Source: a virus. Taken from it: DNA of 33,565 nucleotides. Position numbers and translations under genes: made by a program. The notes under the pieces are model-generated. The model made no database searches, was not told where the DNA came from, and worked only from the letters and a program-made list of their open reading frames with translations. Location: positions 1 through 33,565 of IMG/VR virus record IMGVR_UViG_3300003635_000015. One strand, given 5' to 3'. Below are positions 15,695-22,597 of the stretch, in pieces (within the stretch, counting starts at the first letter, position 1; every line of letters begins with the position of its first letter).

Positions 15695-16371
15695 TTTGCA
15701 CCCCCTGCAATTTTATTGATGATTTCGCCCAGGTCGGGAGCCTCCCAGGTGTCGAGCTTGCCCGAGCGATCCTTTGCCAGCCAAAGGCCGTCGGAATCGC
15801 ACATAAGCGCGCGCTGGGTAACGCCGTCGGCGTCCTTTTCAACACGCAAGGCCAGGACCTCGTCGAAAAAGTACGGCAATTGCTGCCCGGTTTTATTGCC
15901 CGGCATACTGGGCGAATACAGCACGCGCCCCATTTCATCCTGGGTTTTCTCGAGCTTGGCCGACATATACACATTACGGCCCGGCAAATCACGAAACGCC
16001 CGGATAATATCGGCCATTTGTTCCTGCATGGCGCCGTAAGCCTGGCGTGGGTCCTTGGCGACCTTTTTTTCGTGGTTAAGGCAAACCTCGGCGATTTCCG
16101 ATATCGAATCCAGGGCGACCGATTTATACGGTTTCGCCTCGTCCGATTCGGTTAACCAGGTATAAGCCTCTTTTAACGTCGCCATATTCGTAACCTCGAT
16201 ATAAGGCACGTCGGCGTCGTGCAGGGACAAAAGCCCGCCCTCGGCAGATAGGACGATCGGGTCCGGCAAAGTCGCCACCAGGGACGTTTTACCGGCGCCA
16301 GCCTGGCCGTACACCAGGACCTTTACACCATTGGCAGCAAACCCGCCGGTGCGTTTCAGTTGAATAGCCAT
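15691..16371 (-). CDS. RecA-fold AAA ATPase, Sak4-like (AAA_24 type)
   Basis: I chose the ATG at 16371 (RBS AAGGA) rather than the track start at 16428. Walker A is VLVYGQAGAGKTS and the Walker B-like segment is SVALDSISE. Confidence 0.75.
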   Translation of the reverse strand: MAIQLKRTGGFAANGVKVLVYGQAGAGKTSLVATLPDPIVLSAEGGLLSLHDADVPYIEVTNMATLKEAYTWLTESDEAKPYKSVALDSISEIAEVCLNHEKKVAKDPRQAYGAMQEQMADIIRAFRDLPGRNVYMSAKLEKTQDEMGRVLYSPSMPGNKTGQQLPYFFDEVLALRVEKDADGVTQRALMCDSDGLWLAKDRSGKLDTWEAPDLGEIINKIAGGAK

Positions 16372-16495
16372 AAAGTTTCCTTTTGCGTTTACACCCGGTC
16401 GGCCAATTCCGTTCGGGATGGTTGACACGATACACCCGGCGCGGTTAACCTGTCAACAGTTCAATGTCGAAAAACTAACACGAGGTAAAAAACCA
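16372..16495. promoter_or_regulatory. Divergent early control region
   Basis: It is a 124-bp gap between divergent genes. GTTGACA (16421-16427) and TGTCAAC (16451-16457) form an inverted repeat that gives a TTGACA on each strand. On the minus strand TTGACA-N18-TATCGT can be read, and on the plus strand TTGACA-N17-TTAACC (weak). TACACCCGG is directly repeated at 16390-16398 and 16431-16439. Confidence 0.45.
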
Positions 16496-16705
16496 ATGGC
16501 AATCGCAGCACTCGAGGAAATCCGGGAACGCTTGCACGACCGCAAGCTAACCGTCGTCGCGCAGCATACCGGCCTGCACTACAACACCATTTATCGAATC
16601 GCCAACGGCACGAGTAAGGACCCGGCTTATAGCGTCGTAAAACGCTTGTCGGAATACTTGGACCAGGAAGGGGGCGACCGTGGCAGACATAACGCAAATA
16701 TTTAA
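16496..16705 (+). CDS. Small HTH DNA-binding protein (Cro/XRE-like)
   Basis: I chose the internal ATG at 16496 (RBS GAGGT about 10 nt upstream). The helix-turn-helix-like segment is LTVVAQHTGLHYNTIYRIANG. It is the first gene of the rightward operon. Confidence 0.6.
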   Translation: MAIAALEEIRERLHDRKLTVVAQHTGLHYNTIYRIANGTSKDPAYSVVKRLSEYLDQEGGDRGRHNANI

Positions 16706-18704
16706 CGGCGGGTTTACAAAGCCCGTCGAGGTGGCCCCAGCGCCACCCGAGGACCAGGTCCGATCGCAAATGATCGAATTCGGCCTCGAGGCACCCGACC
16801 AAATAATAATCGACGGCAATATTCACCGGTTCCGGGCCGGGACCAAAGGACGCGGCGGGAACGGCGATAAAACCGGGTGGTATATCATTTTTCCCGATGG
16901 CGTACCCGCCGGGCGGTTTGGTTGCTGGCGCGCCGGGATCGAGGCCACGTTTAAGGCCGACGTCGGGCGCAAGCTAACCCAGGCCGAGGAAATGGCGCAC
17001 GCGCGCCGTATGAACGAAGCAAAGCAGCGCCGGGACGAGGAACGGGCACGAAAGCAGGAAATCGTCGCGGACACGGTCGGCACGATATGGTCGGACTGCA
17101 CGGCGGCCCAGGATTCGCACCCGTACCTGGCGAAAAAAGGCGTTAAGGCGCACGGCACCAGGGTAACCGGCGACGGTCGCCTAGTGGTACCATTGTTTGA
17201 CGACCGGGGCGAAATTACGTCGCTGCAATATATCGACGCCAACGGCGGCAAGCTATACCACAGCGGCGGCAAAACCGGCGGGGCATACTGGCAGGTCGGC
17301 ACCCTGGACGACGACGGCGTAATTTATATCGCCGAGGGATTCGCCACAGCGGCGACGATTTACCAGGAAACCGGGCGGCCTTGCGTGATCGCTTTTAGCG
17401 CCTCGAACCTGGTACCGGTTGCTGGGTCGCTGCGCGATCGATACGGCGCCCAGCAGTCGATCGTTATTATCGCAGATAACGACCAAAGCGGCACCGGGCA
17501 AAAGTACGCGGACCAGGCCAGCGCAAAACATGGCGCCCGCGTCGCAATTCCGCCAATATCGGGCGATGCGAACGATTACGTACAGGCCGGGCACGACCTG
17601 GTCGAGCTTTTGACCCCTAAAACGTCGGACTGGTTGATCCAGGCGGACGAATTCAGCGCCAAACCGGCGCCGTTATCCTGGGCACTTAAACGCTGGTTAC
17701 CCTCGAACGGCTTGGTAATGATGCACGGCCCCAGCGGCGGCGGTAAAACGTTCGTCGTACTCGACTGGTGCCTGGCGATCGCTGGCGGCCTCGAGGAACG
17801 CATGGGGCACAAAGTTAACCAGGGAACCGTCGTTTACCTGGCGGGCGAGGGCCACCACGGACTGCGCGGTCGTATCGCCGTATGGAAACAGGAAAACAAA
17901 GTCGGCAGCCTGGATATGTACCTTTCGCGCGACGGGTGCGACCTAAACACGGCCGAGGGATACCAGCGCGTCGTCGATAACATACGAGGCACCGGGAAAA
18001 CCCCGTCGCTAATCGTCGTCGATACCTTGCACCGATTCCTGCAAGGCGACGAGAACAGCGCCCAGGATACAAAAACAATGCTCGACGCGTGCGGCGGCCT
18101 TATAACCGAGTTCGGTTGCGCGGTTATCCTGGTACACCATACCGGCGTAAATTCCGAGGCGCAGCACCGGGCCAGGGGTTCGAGCGCCTGGCGTGGCGCC
18201 CTGGATATCGAAATATCGATCGTACCGGCGTCGGAACACGGCGACCCGATGGAAATAATACAGCGCAAAAGCAAGGACGCCGAAATCGCCGAAACGATGT
18301 ATTGCCGCCTGGATAGCGTAGCAATCCGGGGGTGGTACGACGAGGATAACGAACCCGTTACCTCAGCCGTCGTTCGCCAGGTTGACGCCACCGAGAAACG
18401 CGAAAAGGCCAAAGCCCCGTCGCAGCTTGATAAGCACCGAAAACTAATCGAGCGCGCGTTTTGGCACGGTGGCGCCGAGGTCCGCGAGGATTCGCCATAT
18501 ATTAGCCGGTCGGCGTTTAAGGATATGCTCGAAAACGACGGGATCGCAGCGAGCAGCGTTAAAAATTACGTAAAGGCCAGTTACCAAAATGGCCCGGTCG
18601 CGAATTTACTTAATTCGGAAATTATCGCCACGTACGAGCACGGTTGGATCGTTACCGACCTGGTTATGGCGTCGGCGCTATTGATGGCGAAAGGGGGCAA
18701 GTAA
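16680..18704 (+). CDS. Toprim primase fused to a RecA-type (AAA_25 / DnaB-like) helicase
   Basis: The start is GTG with RBS GAAGGGGG. The Toprim motifs are IYIAEGFATAAT and IIADNDQSGTGQ. The helicase Walker A is MHGPSGGGKTF and Walker B is LIVVDTLHRF. About 100 aa at the C-terminus have no assigned motif. Confidence 0.8.
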   Translation: MADITQIFNGGFTKPVEVAPAPPEDQVRSQMIEFGLEAPDQIIIDGNIHRFRAGTKGRGGNGDKTGWYIIFPDGVPAGRFGCWRAGIEATFKADVGRKLTQAEEMAHARRMNEAKQRRDEERARKQEIVADTVGTIWSDCTAAQDSHPYLAKKGVKAHGTRVTGDGRLVVPLFDDRGEITSLQYIDANGGKLYHSGGKTGGAYWQVGTLDDDGVIYIAEGFATAATIYQETGRPCVIAFSASNLVPVAGSLRDRYGAQQSIVIIADNDQSGTGQKYADQASAKHGARVAIPPISGDANDYVQAGHDLVELLTPKTSDWLIQADEFSAKPAPLSWALKRWLPSNGLVMMHGPSGGGKTFVVLDWCLAIAGGLEERMGHKVNQGTVVYLAGEGHHGLRGRIAVWKQENKVGSLDMYLSRDGCDLNTAEGYQRVVDNIRGTGKTPSLIVVDTLHRFLQGDENSAQDTKTMLDACGGLITEFGCAVILVHHTGVNSEAQHRARGSSAWRGALDIEISIVPASEHGDPMEIIQRKSKDAEIAETMYCRLDSVAIRGWYDEDNEPVTSAVVRQVDATEKREKAKAPSQLDKHRKLIERAFWHGGAEVREDSPYISRSAFKDMLENDGIAASSVKNYVKASYQNGPVANLLNSEIIATYEHGWIVTDLVMASALLMAKGGK

Positions 18705-18934
18705 TGGCAAAAACCCAATATTGCGACGAATGCAAATACAAACGCGACCTAATACCGCTATCTCGGTCTGATCTGTTATGCGAAAAAGGGCACCGACCAC
18801 GGTTTTACAAGCCAAAGAATTTACACCAGGTCGTTTTCGGCAGTTCCTGGGGATATAAACGCCGGTGCGACGATTTCGTCCTGGGCGACCATGTACACGT
18901 TATCGACGTGGGGGTGCTAAATGCCAAAGGCTAA
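18704..18934 (+). CDS. Small hypothetical protein with Cys/His residues (76 aa)
   Basis: I chose the ATG at 18704, which overlaps the primase stop (TAATG), with an AAGGGGG RBS. The product begins MAKTQYCDECKYK...CEKGH. Confidence 0.55.
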   Translation: MAKTQYCDECKYKRDLIPLSRSDLLCEKGHRPRFYKPKNLHQVVFGSSWGYKRRCDDFVLGDHVHVIDVGVLNAKG

Positions 18935-19418
18935 AAAGCGAAACAAGCAATACGACCCATTAAAGGCAGCGGGCCGGGTTTCCGATTATTTACTGCGCGG
19001 GCACGCCGTCGTTTACCTAGCAAGCCTGGACCGCGTCGCCCTAATGGACTGCAAAAAGCGCCAGCAGGTAATACCCTCGAGCGCCACCGCCAGGGCAATA
19101 ACCGATATCCCGCACCGGTGGGCGATTACCTGCGCGGTGCTATGCCGGGACCAGCTAGGCAAGGAATACCTGGTAACGCAGCAGGTCGCGTGCAAGGATC
19201 GTTATTACCATGCCGACCTTATCGATATGCTAAACGAGCAGCACCAGGCGCTAATTAAATCGTGCAATTCCTTGCACGCAATAAATTACGGCTGGATGGC
19301 CACCGTAAACGACGAGGAAATCGACCTTAAAACCCAGGAATCGATTTACCGTATGCTCGAGGGATTCGAAACACTTACAAAAAGGGAAGCCATAGCGGAG
19401 GGAATAATCGACCAATGA
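18921..19418 (+). CDS. Hypothetical protein (165 aa)
   Basis: The ORF overlaps both neighbours and has core codon style. I recognised no motif. Confidence 0.6.
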   Translation: MPKAKKRNKQYDPLKAAGRVSDYLLRGHAVVYLASLDRVALMDCKKRQQVIPSSATARAITDIPHRWAITCAVLCRDQLGKEYLVTQQVACKDRYYHADLIDMLNEQHQALIKSCNSLHAINYGWMATVNDEEIDLKTQESIYRMLEGFETLTKREAIAEGIIDQ

Positions 19419-19618
19419 AAACAAAACAACGTTTTATCGACCATATCGAAATACGCAATAACGACGCCGTAATCGTCCTGGACGACGGTTCGACCCTGGG
19501 CGGTTTAATTACCGTCGGCGCGTCCGCCAGCGTACAGCAAATTTCGGTCGCCTATATTACGGCGTATATTATGAACAAGGATACGATCCTACCCGACCAG
19601 GACGATACCAAACATTAA
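19415..19618 (+). CDS. Hypothetical protein (67 aa)
   Basis: It starts with an ATGA overlap on the upstream gene. It contains the motif DAVIVLDDGSTL, which resembles GARVILADGSVF in the next ORF. Confidence 0.5.
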   Translation: MKTKQRFIDHIEIRNNDAVIVLDDGSTLGGLITVGASASVQQISVAYITAYIMNKDTILPDQDDTKH

Positions 19619-19630
19619 GCGAGGCACAAA

Positions 19631-19813
19631 ATGGCAGAACGTAAACAAATCGTACGAGTAACCAGGACCCCAGGCGGGGCGCGCGTTATCCTGGCGGACG
19701 GATCGGTATTCGATGCCGCCACCAAACAAAACGACCCCCAGGACCTCGAGAACCTTATCGAAAACCTGGATGCGACCCGCATTAAATTAAAACCGGGGGC
19801 AATGCTTAAATGA
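19631..19813 (+). CDS. Hypothetical protein (60 aa)
   Basis: The RBS is GAGG, upstream of the ATG at 19631. The gene is coupled to the next small ORF by an ATGA overlap. Confidence 0.5.
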   Translation: MAERKQIVRVTRTPGGARVILADGSVFDAATKQNDPQDLENLIENLDATRIKLKPGAMLK

Positions 19814-19899
19814 TAGGGATTGTTTCCGCCCTGGGTTTCGTCGCAGTAATTGCGATCGCAGCCTGGGCAATGCTTAATGACGACGAGGACCTGGGATAA
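19810..19899 (+). CDS. Hypothetical 29-aa membrane peptide, not in the ORF track
   Basis: The hand translation is MIGIVSALGFVAVIAIAAWAMLNDDEDLG. The start overlaps the upstream stop (ATGA) and the stop overlaps the next start (TAATG). Confidence 0.45.
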   Translation: MIGIVSALGFVAVIAIAAWAMLNDDEDLG

Positions 19900-20081
19900 T
19901 GAATACACGCGAGAAAATACTTACCGGCCTGGCCCTGGCGTTTATCCTGGGCGCCTTTGGCGTCGTCGGCGAGGCCGACTACCAGGAAGCCATACGCCAG
20001 GAACAGGAATACCAGCGCATGGTATGCAGCGGCGCATGGCCCAATTACAAACAAATCGACGTAAATTGCGAGGATAAATAA
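19899..20081 (+). CDS. Small membrane or secreted hypothetical protein (60 aa)
   Basis: It has an N-terminal hydrophobic helix (ILTGLALAFILGAFGVVG) followed by a charged tail with two Cys residues. Confidence 0.5.
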   Translation: MNTREKILTGLALAFILGAFGVVGEADYQEAIRQEQEYQRMVCSGAWPNYKQIDVNCEDK

Positions 20082-20082
20082 A

Positions 20083-20394
20083 ATGCCAATACCACCCATT
20101 ACAGAAACAATCGAAAAGGTTATCGACTGGCACGACGCCCGAAACCTTATCCTGGGTTCGACCGATAAAGACCAATACCTTAAACTGGTGTCGGAGGTCG
20201 GCGAGCTTGGCGATAATATCGCCAAAGGTAACGACGTCGAGGACGATATCGGCGATATCCTGGTCGTGCTAATCAATATCGCGCACCGGAATAATACCTC
20301 GCTCGAGGATTGCCTGGCCGTCGCGTACGACGACATAAAGGACCGAAAGGGCCGCATGGTCGACGGCGTATTCGTTAAGGACCTGGGCCAATGA
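20083..20394 (+). CDS. MazG-like nucleotide pyrophosphohydrolase
   Basis: The all-alpha NTP-PPase metal-binding pattern is SEVGELGDNIAKGNDVEDDIGDILVVLINIA (ExxE ... ExxD). Confidence 0.7.
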   Translation: MPIPPITETIEKVIDWHDARNLILGSTDKDQYLKLVSEVGELGDNIAKGNDVEDDIGDILVVLINIAHRNNTSLEDCLAVAYDDIKDRKGRMVDGVFVKDLGQ

Positions 20395-20545
20395 TAGGGG
20401 TACAAGAGGGTACAAATTGTACCTTTTTGTACTTGTACCAAAATCGACCAATTTTTGTGCAAAATGGGTACAAAAAGGTACAACACCCCTTTAGGGGTTG
20501 TACCCTTGTACCCTTGTACAAGTAGCGCAAACTTGTACTCGAGAG
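20395..20545. repeat. GTAC-core iteron cluster (GGTACAA / TTGTACC)
   Basis: GGTACAA starts at 20399, 20409, 20467 and 20477. TTGTACC starts at 20417, 20433, 20498 and 20506. The variants TTGTACT or TTGTACA start at 20427, 20514 and 20533. That is eleven GTAC cores in about 140 bp of non-coding DNA. Confidence 0.85.
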
Positions 20546-20558
20546 GATTACGGATAAA

Positions 20559-20837
20559 ATGAACCTGGCAGTTGATATTTTAGCGGACGCAGCGGGCCAC
20601 CTCGGCGACCGTGCGAAAACATACGACGCACCCGGCGGCGAACGATCGATGCAGAAAACCGTCGACGCGTTCCGGTGCATTACCGGCGTGGATATGACCA
20701 CCGAGCAAGGTTGGTTATTTATGGCGGTGCTTAAAGCAGTACGAACGCAGCAAGGCGCGTTTAAAATTGACAATTACGAGGACGGCGCGGCGTACTTCGC
20801 CCTGGCAGGCGAACAGGCAAAAGCGGACCGAGGTTAA
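20559..20837 (+). CDS. Conserved phage protein, DUF6378-like
   Basis: The pattern DRAKTYDAPGGERS...DMTTEQGWLFMAVLKAVRTQ...KIDNYEDGAAYFAL matches my memory of that family. It lies directly upstream of terS. Confidence 0.5.
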   Translation: MNLAVDILADAAGHLGDRAKTYDAPGGERSMQKTVDAFRCITGVDMTTEQGWLFMAVLKAVRTQQGAFKIDNYEDGAAYFALAGEQAKADRG

Positions 20838-20840
20838 CCG

Positions 20841-21323
20841 ATGGCGGAAAAGAAAGCGGCACCGAAACGGCGAGGACGACCACCAGGGAAAAAACCCCCT
20901 GCGCTAACGCACGCCCAAACGATGGACGCGATTATCGAATGGCTTTCCGAGGGTAAAACCCTGCGCGAATATTGCAGGCAGCCAGGAAAACCAGCATTCC
21001 GTACCGTTTATGACTGGTGTGATGCCGACGAAAATTTCGCTGCACGCTTCGCGCGCGCGCGAGAAATCGGCCAGGACATGATCGCCGAGGAAACGATCGA
21101 AATTATCGATACCGAACCCGAGTACGCCGAATCCTGGTCCGAGGGCGGCGGATCGAAACGTCGCGACGCGGCGTTTGTGCAATGGCAAAAGAACCGGGCC
21201 GAGCAGCGCCTTAAACTATTGGCGAAATGGAATCCAAAACGATACGGCGACAAAGTCGGCGAGGGGCCGACCGATAATCGACCAATCAATATTGAGATAA
21301 TTAAACCCGATGGCGCAGATTAA
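20841..21323 (+). CDS. terS: Terminase small subunit
   Basis: The N-terminus is basic, followed by an HTH-like segment (IIEWLSEGKTLREYCRQPGKPAFRTVYDWC). The tail FARAREIG...KLLAKWNPKRYGDK is typical of small terminases. The gene overlaps the terL start. Confidence 0.75.
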   Translation: MAEKKAAPKRRGRPPGKKPPALTHAQTMDAIIEWLSEGKTLREYCRQPGKPAFRTVYDWCDADENFAARFARAREIGQDMIAEETIEIIDTEPEYAESWSEGGGSKRRDAAFVQWQKNRAEQRLKLLAKWNPKRYGDKVGEGPTDNRPINIEIIKPDGAD

Positions 21324-22557
21324 ACCGACCTTACCGCAATACCAGTATATGACCAGCGAGGCCAGGTTCCCGGCGTTCGTCGCTGGGTTCGGGTCCGGTA
21401 AAACCGAGGCGTCGGTCCTGCGCGCAATTTACGGCATGATTAAAAACCCAGGCACGAACCGGGGATATTACGAACCGACGTACGACCTTATTCGTATGAT
21501 CGCCTGGCCCAGGTTCGAGGAAATACTTACCCGCCTAGAAATCCCGTACAAGCTATACAAAACCCCGTTAAATCAAATTACGCTCGAGGGCCTGGGAACG
21601 GTATTCTTTCGATCGATGGATAACCCGCAGCGTATTATCGGTTACGAGCACGCCGACGCGGATATCGACGAATTGGATACGCTCAAACGCGACGATGCCG
21701 AACACGCATGGCGCCAGATAATGGCCAGGAACAGGCAGCACAAACCGAACGGCGCACCGAATACCATTGGCGTAACGACCACCCCCGAGGGATTCCGGTT
21801 TGTATATGAGGCCTGGAAAAAGGAACCTCGAGCCGGGTACGAAATAATTAAGGCCTCGACCTTTAGTAACCCGCACTTGCCCGACGGCTATATCGAGGCA
21901 ATCCAGGACCTTTACCCCGACCACTTATTGGCGGCCTACCTTAACGGCGATTTTGTAAACCTAACCTCGGGCACCGTATACGCGTCGTACGATCGCGCCA
22001 GGTGCAACAGCGACGAAACGATCCAGGAACGCGAGGACCTGTTTATCGGGTGCGACTTTAACGTTACGCAGCAGGCGGCCACGGTTTACGTTAAACGCCC
22101 TGGCGTCGAGGGGCCGTCTTGGCACGCGGTCGACGAGCTTACCCGAATGTACGATACGCCAGAAATGATCGAGGTTATTAAATCCAGGTACCCAGGGCAC
22201 AAGGTTTACATTTACCCGGATGCCAGCGGCGGGGCCAGGAAAACGGTTAACGCGTCGGTATCGGATATCGCCTTATTGCAACAGGCAGGGTTTTACGTCC
22301 GCGTAAAATCCAAAAACCCGGCGGTTAAGGACCGGGTCCTCGCAATGAATAGCGCCCTCGATCGTAACCTGGTAAAGGTTAACGCGAAACGATGCCCGAA
22401 CGTGGCCGAATGCCTGGAACAGCAGGTATACAAAAACGGCGAGCCGGACAAATCGAGCGGGAACGACCACCAAAACGACGCCACGACGTACCCGATAGCG
22501 TACGAAATGCCGATCGTTAAACCGGTGGCCTCGGTCGAGTTCGCTTTTGCGATTTAA
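21310..22557 (+). CDS. terL: Terminase large subunit
   Basis: Walker A is AGFGSGKTEA and Walker B is ADIDELD. The nuclease-domain acidic motifs are IGCDFNV and IYPDASGG. Size and position fit. Confidence 0.85.
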   Translation: MAQIKPTLPQYQYMTSEARFPAFVAGFGSGKTEASVLRAIYGMIKNPGTNRGYYEPTYDLIRMIAWPRFEEILTRLEIPYKLYKTPLNQITLEGLGTVFFRSMDNPQRIIGYEHADADIDELDTLKRDDAEHAWRQIMARNRQHKPNGAPNTIGVTTTPEGFRFVYEAWKKEPRAGYEIIKASTFSNPHLPDGYIEAIQDLYPDHLLAAYLNGDFVNLTSGTVYASYDRARCNSDETIQEREDLFIGCDFNVTQQAATVYVKRPGVEGPSWHAVDELTRMYDTPEMIEVIKSRYPGHKVYIYPDASGGARKTVNASVSDIALLQQAGFYVRVKSKNPAVKDRVLAMNSALDRNLVKVNAKRCPNVAECLEQQVYKNGEPDKSSGNDHQNDATTYPIAYEMPIVKPVASVEFAFAI

Positions 22558-22597
22558 TTTACGGTGCTAATATGGCCCAAACGATAGGATTAACATT

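Noticed and set aside
16372-16428. Longer N-terminal extensions of the ATPase gene (start 16428) and of the HTH gene (start 16418)
   Set aside because: Both extensions would run through the divergent promoter region and overlap each other. The internal ATGs at 16371 and 16496 have good ribosome-binding sites (AAGGA, GAGGT).
16496-16705. The small HTH protein as evidence of a temperate lifestyle
   Set aside because: I saw no integrase, excisionase, CI-type repressor or attachment site. One Cro-like HTH gene fits a virulent phage equally well.
19806-20486. 226-aa minus-strand ORF spanning the small-gene run, the MazG-like gene and part of the iteron cluster
   Set aside because: It is antisense to a chain of translationally coupled plus-strand ORFs, one of which has a clear MazG motif. 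It also runs into non-coding repeats and has no RBS.
20395-20545. The GTAC repeat cluster as a CRISPR array
   Set aside because: The repeat units are only 7 bp and occur in both orientations with irregular short gaps. There are no 25-40 bp repeats or spacers and no cas genes.
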